From positions 3,640-67,639 of the forward strand of contig JAFGBK010000081.1 in assembly GCA_016933175.1 (NCBI GenBank): a DNA stretch of 64,000 nucleotides, given 5' to 3'. Source of the stretch: Candidatus Krumholzibacteriota bacterium. GTDB taxonomy: Bacteria > Krumholzibacteriota > Krumholzibacteriia > JACNKJ01. A program made the position numbers and the translations under genes. Positions 9,527 to 19,211 of the stretch are shown here, one piece after another (the stretch's first letter is position 1; each line of letters opens with the position of its first letter). The notes under the pieces were generated by a model. The model was not told the origin of the DNA. It did no database searches and worked only from the letters and a program-made list of their open reading frames with translations.

Positions 9527-10693
9527 TCAGTGCGCCGCCGTCCGCCGGGCCGCGATGCGGGCGGCAGCAAGATCGCGCGCGCGGCGGTCGGCCCCCACCA
9601 GTTCCTCCAGGGTCCAGGCCGGCGGCCAGGGATCGTCCGTCAGGGTCTCCGCCGCCACGGTAACGATGGCGGAGAAGGGCAGATGCCCGTCCAGGAAGGC
9701 CCCCACCGCCACTTCGTCGGCGGCGTTGAGGGCCAGGGGCGCGGTGCCGCCGCGCCGCAGGGCCTCGCGGGCCAGGTCCACGGCCGGGAAGCGCTCGCCG
9801 TCCAGGGGCGCCAGCTCCAGGCGCAGGGGGGCGGCCAGGTCCAGGCGGCCGTAGTCGGCCGTGACGCGCTCGGGCCAGGCCAGGGCCTGGGCGATGGGCT
9901 GGCGCATGTCCGGCGCGGCGAGCTGGCAGAGGACCGAGCTGTCCGTGAACTCGACCAGGGCGTGGGCGCGGGAGTCCGGGTCGACGAGCACCGCGATGCG
10001 CTCGGCGGGCAGGTCGAAGAGCCGCGCGGCCTCGATGATCTCGAAGCCCTTGTTCATCATCGTCGCTGAGTCCACGGTGATCTTGGGCCCCATGCGCCAG
10101 GTGGGATGGCGCAGGGCCTCGGCCGGCGTGACGTCCGCCAGCTCCTCGGGACGGCGGCCGAGGAAGGGCCCGCCCGACGCCGTCAGCCAGACGCGCCGCA
10201 CCTGCGACGCCGGCCGCCCCGCCAGGATCTGGAAGAGCGCGGCGTGCTCGCTGTCCACGGGCAGCAAGCGAGCGCCGGAAGCCCGCCGGCGGGCGAGCAC
10301 CAGGTCGCCCCCGCAGACGAGGGACTCCTTGTTGGCCAGGGCCAGGTCGACGCCCCGCTCCAGCGCCGCGAGGGTCACCGCCAGGCCGGCGAAGCCGAGG
10401 ATGCCGTTGAGGGCCACGTCGGCGGGCGTGTCCAGCAGCGCCGCCGCGGGCGCGTCCTCCGGCAGCAGGCGCGCGGCGTGGTCCGGATGCGCGTCCGCCC
10501 AATTCCGCCTCGCCACGGGATCCGTGACGGCCACGCGCTCGGGCGCGAACTCGGCGATCCAATCGGCCAGGGCCTCCGTCCGGCGGTGAACCTGGAGGCC
10601 CGCAAGGCGGAATCGCTCGCGGTGCCCGCGGAGGACCGCGAGCGTGCTCGAGCCGATGGAGCCGGAGGCGCCGAAGAGCAGGACGCGCTTCAT
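9527..10693 (-). CDS. dxr: 1-deoxy-D-xylulose 5-phosphate reductoisomerase
   Basis: N-terminal LLFGASGSIGSSTL NADPH motif. Dxr core motifs (LANKESLV, DSEHSA-like) are present. Confidence 0.9.
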   Translation of the reverse strand: MKRVLLFGASGSIGSSTLAVLRGHRERFRLAGLQVHRRTEALADWIAEFAPERVAVTDPVARRNWADAHPDHAARLLPEDAPAAALLDTPADVALNGILGFAGLAVTLAALERGVDLALANKESLVCGGDLVLARRRASGARLLPVDSEHAALFQILAGRPASQVRRVWLTASGGPFLGRRPEELADVTPAEALRHPTWRMGPKITVDSATMMNKGFEIIEAARLFDLPAERIAVLVDPDSRAHALVEFTDSSVLCQLAAPDMRQPIAQALAWPERVTADYGRLDLAAPLRLELAPLDGERFPAVDLAREALRRGGTAPLALNAADEVAVGAFLDGHLPFSAIVTVAAETLTDDPWPPAWTLEELVGADRRARDLAAARIAARRTAAH

Positions 10694-11559
10694 GCGGGGA
10701 AGATAACCCAGATCAGGTAGTAATAGAACAGCGGGAGGGTGAAAAGGAGGCTGTCGAGGCGGTCCAGCCAGCCCCCGTGGCCCGGAATGGAGCGCCCGCT
10801 GTCCTTGGACGCCGCCTCCCGCTTGAGCAGGGACTCGAAGAGATCCCCCAGCTGCCCCCCCACCGCCAGGATCAGGCCGAGCAGGATGGCGGCGAGCGGC
10901 ATGAGATGGGGCGCCCAGTACGGGGCCACGCGCCAGGCGAAGAACACGGCGCCGGCGACGCCGCCCACCAGCCCCTCGACGGACTTGCGAGGACTCACGC
11001 GTGACGGCAGGCGGTGGCGCCCCAGGAAGCTGCCCACCACGTAGGCGGCCGTGTCGCCGATCCAGGTGATGCCGGCGCCGTAGATGACCAGGAAGCCCGC
11101 GGCGCGGTAGGACAGCTCGCCCGAAGGCAGGGCCGCCGGCAGCTCGCGCAGCAGGATCCAGTGGCCGGGCAGCACGCCGAGGTAGAAAAGCACCAGCAGC
11201 CGCTCGCCGATGCGGCCCGTCGCGCCCTCGATGCGCCCGGCCAGGATCTCGATGGTCAGGAAGAGCAGGGCCAGCAGTGTGAAGCCGATCATGCCGCCGG
11301 CGGCGCCACCCCAGGCGAAGGCGGCCAGCAGGGCCAGCACGGGCGGCAGCATCTCGGGAAACAGCCCGTCGCCGCCGCGGGCGCGGGCCAGGCGCGCGTA
11401 CTCGCGCAGCAGCAGGGTGGCCAGCGCGGCCGTCAACAGGAGGAAGTGCCAGCCGCCGCGCAGGAAGATGATGCAGGCCAGGGGGATGAGAACGGCGGCC
11501 GCCAGAACGCGGACCGCGAAGGCGGCCCAGAAGCCGCCGCCCTCAGGTGACGCGCCCAA
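10690..11559 (-). CDS. cdsA: Phosphatidate cytidylyltransferase
   Basis: Polytopic membrane protein with the CdsA C-terminal signature (SLLKREAASKDSGRSIPGHGGWLDRLDS). Overlaps the dxr start by 4 nt. Confidence 0.85.
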   Translation of the reverse strand: MGASPEGGGFWAAFAVRVLAAAVLIPLACIIFLRGGWHFLLLTAALATLLLREYARLARARGGDGLFPEMLPPVLALLAAFAWGGAAGGMIGFTLLALLFLTIEILAGRIEGATGRIGERLLVLFYLGVLPGHWILLRELPAALPSGELSYRAAGFLVIYGAGITWIGDTAAYVVGSFLGRHRLPSRVSPRKSVEGLVGGVAGAVFFAWRVAPYWAPHLMPLAAILLGLILAVGGQLGDLFESLLKREAASKDSGRSIPGHGGWLDRLDSLLFTLPLFYYYLIWVIFPA

Positions 11560-12286
11560 AGCGGCGCTCCCGGCTCTGGTAATCGAGGATGGCCCGGTAG
11601 AAGTCGTCCTTGCCGAAGTCGGGCCAGAGCGTGTCGGTCAGGTGGATCTCGGCGTAGGCGAGCTGCCAGAGGCAGAAGTTGCTGATGCGCTGCTCGCCGC
11701 TCGTGCGGATGAGCAGGTCGACGTTGCCCAGCTCCGGCAGGTAGAGGTGGCGCGAGAAGGCCTCCTCATCGAGGTCGGCCGGGTCCAGGGTCCCCGCCGC
11801 GGCGGCCCGCGCCACGGCGCGGCAGGCGTCCACGATCTCGGCGCGGCCGCTGTAGCTGAGGGCGAGATTGAGCACCATGCCCGTGCGCGCCGCGAGGCGG
11901 CGCTCGGTCTCGCGCAGCACGCTCAGGGTCCCCGCGGGCAGGATGTCCAGGCGGCCCATGGCGGCCAGGCGGATGTTGTTCTTCTCCAGGTCCAGGAACT
12001 CGCTCTCCAGCACCTCCTCGAGATACTGCATGAGGGATTGCACCTCGTCGCGAGGACGCTGCCAGTTCTCGATGGAGAAGGTGAAGAGGGTCAGGACCTC
12101 GAGGCCCAGCTCCGCGCCCGCCTCCACCACGCGGCGCACGGCCTTGCGGCCTTCGCGGTGGCCCATGATGCGGGGGAGCATGCGGCGGCGCGCCCAGCGC
12201 CCGTTGCCGTCCATGATGATGGCAACATGGCGGGGCAGGTCGCCCCGCTCGCGGATCTGCCGCTTGAGGTCGTCGGACGCGGCCAT
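11543..12286 (-). CDS. uppS: Undecaprenyl diphosphate synthase
   Basis: HVAIIMDGNGRWA and FSIENWQRP motifs. RTSGEQRISNFCLWQLAYAE C-terminal motif. Confidence 0.9.
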   Translation of the reverse strand: MAASDDLKRQIRERGDLPRHVAIIMDGNGRWARRRMLPRIMGHREGRKAVRRVVEAGAELGLEVLTLFTFSIENWQRPRDEVQSLMQYLEEVLESEFLDLEKNNIRLAAMGRLDILPAGTLSVLRETERRLAARTGMVLNLALSYSGRAEIVDACRAVARAAAAGTLDPADLDEEAFSRHLYLPELGNVDLLIRTSGEQRISNFCLWQLAYAEIHLTDTLWPDFGKDDFYRAILDYQSRERRFGRVT

Positions 12287-12295
12287 GCCGTCTCC

Positions 12296-12853
12296 CTAGA
12301 CCTCCATGATCTCGGTGATCTTCTTCTCCAGGGCGCCTTCGATGTCTTGGATGTACTGGTCCGTCAGCTTCTGGATCTGATCGCTGATGCGCTTGAGGTC
12401 GTCCTCGGTGATGTCCTGGCTCTTCTGGGCCTGCTTGGCCTGCTCGATGCCGCCGCGGCGTACGTTGCGGATGGCCACGCGGCCATCCTCGGCCAGGCCC
12501 TTGACCTGCTTCACAAGCTCCTTGCGGCGCTCCTCGCTCAGCTGGGGGATCGGAATGCGCACGACGTTGCCATCGCTGGCGGGGGTCAGGCCGAGGTTGG
12601 CGGCGAGAATGGCCTTCTCCACCACGGGCACCATGTTCTTCTCCCACGGCGAGACCGTCAGCAGGCGCGGCTCGGGGGCGGCCACGCTGGCCACCTGGTT
12701 CAGGGGCGTCGGCGTCCCGTAGTAGTCCACCTTCACCGAGTCCAGCAGGGCCGTGGTGGCGCGGCCGGCGCGGATGTGGCTGAAGTCCGCCTCCGTGGAC
12801 CGGAGGGTCTTGCCCATGCGCTCCTCGACATCCGAGATCAGCTCATCGATCAT
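12296..12853 (-). CDS. frr: Ribosome recycling factor
   Basis: 185 aa. Frr signature VRIPIPQLSEERRKELVK. Confidence 0.9.
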   Translation of the reverse strand: MIDELISDVEERMGKTLRSTEADFSHIRAGRATTALLDSVKVDYYGTPTPLNQVASVAAPEPRLLTVSPWEKNMVPVVEKAILAANLGLTPASDGNVVRIPIPQLSEERRKELVKQVKGLAEDGRVAIRNVRRGGIEQAKQAQKSQDITEDDLKRISDQIQKLTDQYIQDIEGALEKKITEIMEV

Positions 12854-13580
12854 CCTGGTCCTCCTCCTTGACCACCTGGCTCCCCAGATTCTCGCCGAGC
12901 AGGATGCGCTTGAGGGCGCCGGGTTCCGAGAAGTTGAAGATCCTGATGGGCACCGCGTGGTCGCGGCAGAGCGCGAAGGCCGTGGCGTCCATGATCTGGA
13001 GCTTGCGCGCCAGGACCTCGTCGTAGCTCAGCCGCGGCAGGCGCTCGGCCGTGGGGTCCTTGCGGGGGTCGGCCGTGTAGACGCCGTCCACCTGGGTGCC
13101 CTTGAGCAGCAGCTCGGCGCCCAGCTCCACGGCCCGCAGGGCCGCGGTGGTGTCGGTGGAGAAGAAGGGCTGGCCGATGCCGCCGGCGGCGATGACGAAC
13201 TCGCCGGCCGCCAGGGTCGCCAGCGCCCGCTCGCGGGTCCAGCCCTCGACGACGCCGGGCACCGGCACCGCGCTCAGGACCCGCGCCGGCACGCCCTCGG
13301 CCTCGAACATGGCCGCCAGGGTCATGGCGTTGAGGATGGTCGCCAGCATGCCCATGCGGTCGGCCTCGGCTTGGATGACTCCCTGCGCGGCCGCCTCGCG
13401 GCCGCGGCAGATGTTGCCGCCGCCGATGACGAGCGCCATCTGGGTGCCCAGCAGACGCAGTTCGCCGAGCTCCTGGGCGAGGTGGCGCGCCCGGGCGAAA
13501 TCGAGCCCCATCCGGTCCTCGCCGGCGAGAGCTTCGCCGCTGAGCTTGAGGACGACGCGATGGAAGGCGATCGATGGCAT
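12843..13580 (-). CDS. pyrH: UMP kinase
   Basis: VVLKLSGEAL and VIGGGNICRG motifs. Amino-acid kinase fold. Confidence 0.9.
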   Translation of the reverse strand: MPSIAFHRVVLKLSGEALAGEDRMGLDFARARHLAQELGELRLLGTQMALVIGGGNICRGREAAAQGVIQAEADRMGMLATILNAMTLAAMFEAEGVPARVLSAVPVPGVVEGWTRERALATLAAGEFVIAAGGIGQPFFSTDTTAALRAVELGAELLLKGTQVDGVYTADPRKDPTAERLPRLSYDEVLARKLQIMDATAFALCRDHAVPIRIFNFSEPGALKRILLGENLGSQVVKEEDQDDR

Positions 13581-13589
13581 GGAAGGGCC

Positions 13590-14192
13590 CTAGAACTCCT
13601 CGCCCAGCTGGAAGCGCGCGAACCGGCGGATGATCATGTTCTCGCCGAGGCTGCTGATGGTCGAGTTCAGCAGGTCCTTGACGGTCATCCCCGGATCCTT
13701 GACATAGGCCTGCTCGAGCAGGCAGACCTCGCCATAGTACTTCTCGATGCGGCCGGAGACAATCTTTTCGACGATGTTCTGGGGCTTGCCGGACTCGGCG
13801 GCCTGCTGCATGGCGATCACGCGCTCGTGCTCGACCTGGGCCGGATCGAGCTGCTCGCGATCCACGGCGACGGGCGCCGCCGCGGCCACCTGCATGGCGA
13901 TGTTCTTGCAGAACTCCTGGAACTGGGGCGTGCGCGCGACGAAGTCCGTCTCGCAGGCGATCTCCACCAGGACGCCGACCTTGCCGCCGGGATGAATGTA
14001 GGCGTGGACGAGGCCCTCCTTGGTGGCGCGGCCGGACTTCTTCTTGGCGTCGGCGAGGCCCTTGGTGCGCAGGTAGTCGACGGCCGCGGCGAGGTCGCCG
14101 CCGCTCTCGTTCAGGGCCTTCTTGCAGTCCATCATGCCGGCCCCGGTCTTCTCCCGGAGCTCCTTCACCAGCTTGGCGGTGATCTCGGCCAT
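13590..14192 (-). CDS. tsf: Elongation factor Ts (short form)
   Basis: N-terminal AKLVKELREKTGAGMMDCKKAL UBA-like motif. 200 aa. Confidence 0.9.
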   Translation of the reverse strand: MAEITAKLVKELREKTGAGMMDCKKALNESGGDLAAAVDYLRTKGLADAKKKSGRATKEGLVHAYIHPGGKVGVLVEIACETDFVARTPQFQEFCKNIAMQVAAAAPVAVDREQLDPAQVEHERVIAMQQAAESGKPQNIVEKIVSGRIEKYYGEVCLLEQAYVKDPGMTVKDLLNSTISSLGENMIIRRFARFQLGEEF

Positions 14193-14242
14193 GGTCTTCC
14201 TCCTCGGCGAGGCGATGGGTGGCGGGGCTACGGGGATGCGGG

Positions 14243-15094
14243 TCAGGCGTCCAGGTCCGGCTGCACTCCGGACGCCGCCTCGGGCTCGGTGGGCGCCGGG
14301 GCGGCGGCGGCCGGCTTCCTGCCGGCGGCGCGGGCGGCGGGCCGCTCGGCGGCCGCCTCGGCCTCGGCCTTCTCGGCCTTGGCCCGCTCGGTGGCCGCCT
14401 TGTCCTTCATGGCCGCCTGGCCCTCGAGGATGGCGTCGGCGACCATGTGCGAGAAGAGGCGGATGGAGCGGATGGCGTCGTCGTTGCCGGGAATGGGATA
14501 GTCGACGGGATCCGGGTCGCAGTTGGTGTCGACGATGGCGATGACGGGCACCTTGAGCTTGTTCGCCTCCTTGATGGCGATGTCGCTCTGCTTGGTGTCG
14601 ACGACGAAGATCAGGCCGGGCTGCTTGTCCATGCCCCGGATGCCACCGAGCATGCGCTCCAGGCGCAGGCGCTTCTTGTCGAGGGACATGCGCTCCTTCT
14701 TGTTGAACTGCTCGATGCGGCCGTCGCGATCCATGGCCTCGATCTCATCGAGGCGGTCGAGGCTCTTGCGCACGGTGGCGTAGTTGGTGAGCAGCCCGCC
14801 CAGCCAGCGTTCGATGACGAAGAACTGGCCGCAGCGCTCGGCCTCCTCCCTGATGGCGCTCTGGGCCTGCTTCTTGGGCCCCACGAAGAGCACGGGCGAT
14901 CCGGCGGCCGCGACCTTGCGCGCGGCCTCGTAGGCCACCTTCGCCAGGTCGAAGGTCTGCTGCAGATCGATGATGTAGATGCCGTTCTTCTCGGCGAAGA
15001 TGTACGGCTTCATCTTGGGATTCCAGCGACGGGTCTGGTGCCCGAAGTGGACCCCTGCTTCCAGCATGTCCTTGATGGTGATGTCGTAACCCAC
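14243..15094 (-). CDS. rpsB: 30S ribosomal protein S2
   Basis: [19 protein letters not shown] start. Lys/Ala-rich C-terminal tail. Confidence 0.95.
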   Translation of the reverse strand: MGYDITIKDMLEAGVHFGHQTRRWNPKMKPYIFAEKNGIYIIDLQQTFDLAKVAYEAARKVAAAGSPVLFVGPKKQAQSAIREEAERCGQFFVIERWLGGLLTNYATVRKSLDRLDEIEAMDRDGRIEQFNKKERMSLDKKRLRLERMLGGIRGMDKQPGLIFVVDTKQSDIAIKEANKLKVPVIAIVDTNCDPDPVDYPIPGNDDAIRSIRLFSHMVADAILEGQAAMKDKAATERAKAEKAEAEAAAERPAARAAGRKPAAAAPAPTEPEAASGVQPDLDA

Positions 15095-15195
15095 GTGGGC
15101 CTCCTGCAGGTTGTTGCCTCCGCCGGGTTCGTTCCTGGTCGCGCTCCCCGAGAGGAGACCTGCCCCCGGTCCCCCGGCGTGCGTAGTCGCGCCGT

Positions 15196-15588
15196 CTAGC
15201 GCTTGGAGAACTGGAACCGCTTGCGCGCGCCGGGCTGCCCGTACTTCTTCCGCTCCTTCATGCGAGGATCGCGGGTCAGGCAGCCGGTGGAGCGCAGGAG
15301 CTTCTTGAGCTCCTCGTCCTTGTGGAGCAGCGCCCGGGCGATGCCCAGGCGCACGGCGCCGGCCTGGCCGGCGATGCCGCCGCCTTCAACGGTGGCCTCG
15401 ACGTCGATGCTGTCCATCACGTCGACGTACTCCAGGGGCTGGCGCACCTGGATGACGAGGTTGCGGCGGCCGAAATAGGCGTCCAGGGGGCGGCCGTTGA
15501 CGAGCTGCTTGCCGGTGCCGGGGGCCATGATGCGCACCCGCGCCACCGATTCCTTCCGCCGTCCCGTGGCAGTGTAGACATCAGGCAT
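15196..15588 (-). CDS. rpsI: 30S ribosomal protein S9
   Basis: [15 protein letters not shown] start. ...[17 protein letters not shown] end. Confidence 0.95.
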   Translation of the reverse strand: MPDVYTATGRRKESVARVRIMAPGTGKQLVNGRPLDAYFGRRNLVIQVRQPLEYVDVMDSIDVEATVEGGGIAGQAGAVRLGIARALLHKDEELKKLLRSTGCLTRDPRMKERKKYGQPGARKRFQFSKR

Positions 15589-15615
15589 CCTGTTCGACTC
15601 CTTGGCGTGGCTGGA

Positions 15616-16047
15616 CTAGAGATCCAGGGGCTCGGGCTGCTGCGCGCTGTGCGGGTGGCCGGCGCCGCGGTAGACGCGGAGCTTGCCGACCAGCTTCCGT
15701 CCCAGACGGTTCTTGGGCAGCATCCCGCGCACGGCGTGGGCCACGACGTCCTCGGGCTTGCTCTCGAGGAGCTGGGCCAGGGTGCGGGTCTTCAGGCCGC
15801 TGGGATAGCCCGAGTAGCGCGTGTAGAGCTTCTTCGACGGCTTGCTGTTGCCGGTCACGCGGATCTTGTCCGCGTTGACGACGATCACGTGGTCCCCCAT
15901 GTCCATGTGGGGACTGAAGTCGGGGCGGTGCTTGCCGCGCAGCACCGTGGCCACGCGCGTGGCCAGGCGACCCAGCGTCTGGCCCTCCGCGTCCACGAGG
16001 TACCAGCGCTCTTCGAGATCCCCGACCTTCGTGACGTGGGTCTTCAT
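15616..16047 (-). CDS. rplM: 50S ribosomal protein L13
   Basis: [30 protein letters not shown]. The track ORF starts at 16149, but the conserved L13 N-terminus begins at the internal Met. Confidence 0.9.
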   Translation of the reverse strand: MKTHVTKVGDLEERWYLVDAEGQTLGRLATRVATVLRGKHRPDFSPHMDMGDHVIVVNADKIRVTGNSKPSKKLYTRYSGYPSGLKTRTLAQLLESKPEDVVAHAVRGMLPKNRLGRKLVGKLRVYRGAGHPHSAQQPEPLDL

Positions 16048-16201
16048 GCTCGCCTCCATACAGGGGAATCCCGCTCCGCTCCCCCGCCCCCGCGGATGGC
16101 ACGGGAGCCAGGGCCGGCCGGGATGCTCTAGCGCAAAACGAATCGCCAATCTAACAAAGGCTTACGCCGCTGTCAAGGCCGTCCCGCGACCGGATCGGGT
16201 A

Positions 16202-17062
16202 TCAGCGGCTTCCGGCTGTCAGATCGGCGAGATGGGCGAATTCCGGTATCCGGGAATGTTCGGCCAGGAAGGCGGCGCTGGCCAGGACTTCCTCCAGGCT
16301 GTGGTTCTCCACGGTCCAGTCCAGAGGGCGCCCCAGCTCCCGGACGGCGGCGAAGACGGCCTCCCAGGGCACCGAGCCCCGACCCAGGGGCAGGTGCTGG
16401 TCGGACCGGCCGGCGTTGTCGTGGAGGTGCAGCGACAGCAGGCGCCCGCCCAGGCGCTCGAGCCACCCGGCCAGGGGAGTCCGCGAGTAGGCATGCCAGT
16501 GGCCCAGGTCCAGGTTGACGCCGAAGGCCGTCTCCGGCAGGCGGTCCAGGAGCGCCGCCAGGGCGTCCGGGTCCCGATCGAAGACGTTCTCCAGGGCGAA
16601 GCGGCAGCCGAGGGCCGCCGCGCGCTCGCCCAGGGGCCCCCAGAAGCGCGCCGAGCGTTCCCGCCAGGCCTCCGCCTCCAGGGCGTAGCCGTCGGGATCC
16701 CAGGCCGTGTGGGCGACGATCTGCGCGACGCCGAAGCGCGGCGCCAGCTCCAGGGCGGCCTCGAGGCGGCGGCGGGCCAGGGCGACGGCCTCCGGGTCGT
16801 GGCCGCCGGGCGAGAGGTCGCGGAAGGGAGCGTGGAAGCGGCAGGGCCGCCCCGCCGCGCCAAGGGAGGCGGCCAGCCTCTCGAGCTCGGTCCGGAAGGC
16901 CGGGTCCAGGGCCTCGTGGTCCACGAGTAGTTCCAGGCCCACGGGCAGGCGGGCCAGGGCTTCCTCGTAGCGCGGCAGCCAGGCCAGGGGGACGTGCGCG
17001 AAGAACCGGTGCGGCATGGGACTCCTGGCGTCGGTGAGCGAGGGGAGCGGGATCCCCCTCAC
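16202..17062 (-). CDS. Sugar phosphate isomerase/epimerase (xylose isomerase-like TIM barrel)
   Basis: HTAWDPDGY...ENVFDRDPDA...VNLDLGHWHA...LHLHDN pattern of metal-binding His/Asp/Glu typical of this TIM-barrel family. The start may be the internal MPHRFFAH. Confidence 0.6.
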   Translation of the reverse strand: MRGIPLPSLTDARSPMPHRFFAHVPLAWLPRYEEALARLPVGLELLVDHEALDPAFRTELERLAASLGAAGRPCRFHAPFRDLSPGGHDPEAVALARRRLEAALELAPRFGVAQIVAHTAWDPDGYALEAEAWRERSARFWGPLGERAAALGCRFALENVFDRDPDALAALLDRLPETAFGVNLDLGHWHAYSRTPLAGWLERLGGRLLSLHLHDNAGRSDQHLPLGRGSVPWEAVFAAVRELGRPLDWTVENHSLEEVLASAAFLAEHSRIPEFAHLADLTAGSR

Positions 17063-17270
17063 TTCGGCCTTCGAACTCCGTTCGGGGAATCCCGCTCCCC
17101 TCGTTCTCCGGCATCGGGAGAGGCTCCCATGCTACGCAATGCTCTCTCGCCTGTCCATGCCCGCCCGCGGGCGCGCAAGGAAAGGCGACAGAACCTTTCC
17201 GCCGAGCGAAGTTCGAAGGCCGAAGCGAGGCGGAAGGTTCTGTCGCCTATGTTTCAGCGCCCGCGGGCGG

Positions 17271-19130
17271 CTACTTGACCAGCAACATCTTGTGCGTCTG
17301 GTTCTCCAGGGCCGTCGTCAGGCGGTAGAAGTAGATCCCGCTGGCGGCCGGCTCGCCGGTGTCGGTGTCGCCGCGCCAGATCACGGAGTGCTCGCCCGCG
17401 TCCAGGACGCCCTCGTGCAGCGTGTGAACCAGGCGGCCCTGCGCGTCGAAGACCTGCAGCAGGGCCGGGCCCGTCTCGGCCAGGCGGAAGGCGATCTTGG
17501 TCGTCGGGTTGAAGGGGTTCGGGTAGTTCTGGCCCAGCAGGGTCCCCGCGCCGGCTGGCAGCTCGGTGCCCGTGGGCGGATTGTCGAACAGGATGTCGAT
17601 GTCATCGTCGTCGCGCGGCTGGATGTGCCACTCATCGAACTCGAAGCGTATGGTGCCGCGCACGTTGAGGGTGTCGCCCAGGATCTCCTGGTAGGTGTAG
17701 ACGCCCATGTCCCCCACGTGGAGCCAGTTGAGCCCGTCCTGGCTGATGCTCCAGACGTAGAAGTTCTCGAAGGTCCCCCGCTCCACGACGGCCGCCTCGT
17801 TGACGGCGCAGAGCATGCCCTCGTACTCCTCAAGGTCGCTGCCGTCGATGGTCAGCTCGACGGGCGGCAGGGTCGGGTTGCCGCTGGAGACCTTCGCGAA
17901 GTGGTAGAAGGGCTGCGTCATGCTCGTCATGTTGTAGTACTCGGAGACCATGTCGCCGACGACGATGATGTCGCCCAGCTCAAGGGTGTCCAGGTAGGCC
18001 GGGCAGTAGACCTCGATGCCGGAGTACAGGCCGCCGCCGACGTCCTGGATGTAGACGTGGCTGCCGTAGACGTCGTACTTGCTCTGGATGACGCCGGTGA
18101 TGGTGGCCACCTGGCCGGCGATGGCGCTGGAGTCGCCCGCGGCCTCGGGCTGCTGGACGAAGGCGACGGTGTTGATGCCGCCCCAGAACTGCTCGTCCTG
18201 CGGCGCCATGGGAATGCCGCTGAGGTTCTGCACGTCGAAGACGGTCAGGGTCAGCAGCACCTCGGGCGTCATGGGCCCGTCCAGGGTCAGGTGCACCATG
18301 TAGAGCAGGTCGTCATCGCGCTCGGCGGCGATGACGATGCCCTGGTCCAGGAAGTAGTTGAAGGGATTCTCGGCCGTGGTCTCCTCGACATCGCGGTCGA
18401 ACTTGACGTCCACGGTGGCGTCGCCGGTGGCGCAGGCCCAGTCGATGGCCGGGGCCGGATCGGCGCCCGTGAAGACCAGATCGTAGTTGCCGCGGGGCTC
18501 GAGCTTGAAGTCGTCGTAGTTGTAGCGCAGCGTGCCGGTCACGGACTCCATGGTCATGCCGGGCAGGGGCTGCCCGTAGTCCATCTCGTCGTCCAGGCGC
18601 ACGGTGTCGTTGTCCGCGTAGCCGAACTCGACGGCGAACCACTCGCCGTAGCCGGGATCCAGGTCCAGGGGATCCAGGTTCAGGCACTTGACGAGCACGC
18701 TCTCCCACTTCTCGGCCTCGACGGGGTTGGCGGTCTTGATCTGCCAGGCGCGCACCAGCACGGGCTCGGGGTAGTAGCCCGCGCCGACGATCTCGACGAT
18801 GCCGTCATAGGCCGAGGAGGCGTCGACCTCGGTGAAGCCGTAGTACTCGTAGTAGAGTCCCTCGACGTTCACCAGGTTGCCGAGGAGGACGGACGGGGGC
18901 TCGGCCGTGGACGTGTAGATCCAGACGCCGGAGTACTCGCCTCCGGCCTCTTCCTGGGCGTAGAAGCCGTAGCCGGTCACGCCGGTGACGATGAGGCCCT
19001 CGAGGCGCACCTGGGTGTCCTCGGGCACGACACCGCCGTTGAGGTCGTAGCAGGTGGTCAGGAGCTGTCCGTGGGCCGCGCCCGCCGTGAGCAGGACTCC
19101 CAGGGCCAGCAGAGCGATCAGCTTCTTCAT
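17271..19130 (-). CDS. Secreted protein with a Por/T9SS-type C-terminal sorting domain. Function unknown.
   Basis: Sec signal MKKLIALLALGVLLTAGAAHG. C-terminal roughly 80 aa (GQNYPNPFNPTTKIAF...GIYFYRLTT...KMLLVK) matches the Por_Secre_tail/FlgD-Ig-like CTD pattern. Confidence 0.7.
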   Translation of the reverse strand: MKKLIALLALGVLLTAGAAHGQLLTTCYDLNGGVVPEDTQVRLEGLIVTGVTGYGFYAQEEAGGEYSGVWIYTSTAEPPSVLLGNLVNVEGLYYEYYGFTEVDASSAYDGIVEIVGAGYYPEPVLVRAWQIKTANPVEAEKWESVLVKCLNLDPLDLDPGYGEWFAVEFGYADNDTVRLDDEMDYGQPLPGMTMESVTGTLRYNYDDFKLEPRGNYDLVFTGADPAPAIDWACATGDATVDVKFDRDVEETTAENPFNYFLDQGIVIAAERDDDLLYMVHLTLDGPMTPEVLLTLTVFDVQNLSGIPMAPQDEQFWGGINTVAFVQQPEAAGDSSAIAGQVATITGVIQSKYDVYGSHVYIQDVGGGLYSGIEVYCPAYLDTLELGDIIVVGDMVSEYYNMTSMTQPFYHFAKVSSGNPTLPPVELTIDGSDLEEYEGMLCAVNEAAVVERGTFENFYVWSISQDGLNWLHVGDMGVYTYQEILGDTLNVRGTIRFEFDEWHIQPRDDDDIDILFDNPPTGTELPAGAGTLLGQNYPNPFNPTTKIAFRLAETGPALLQVFDAQGRLVHTLHEGVLDAGEHSVIWRGDTDTGEPAASGIYFYRLTTALENQTHKMLLVK

Positions 19131-19211
19131 CGGTTCCCCCTGTTCAGCAGGTTGTGAGACGCCGGTTGTCGCGCAATGCCGCGTGCGGCGGGACGGTTCC
19201 GCCGCGGGTGA

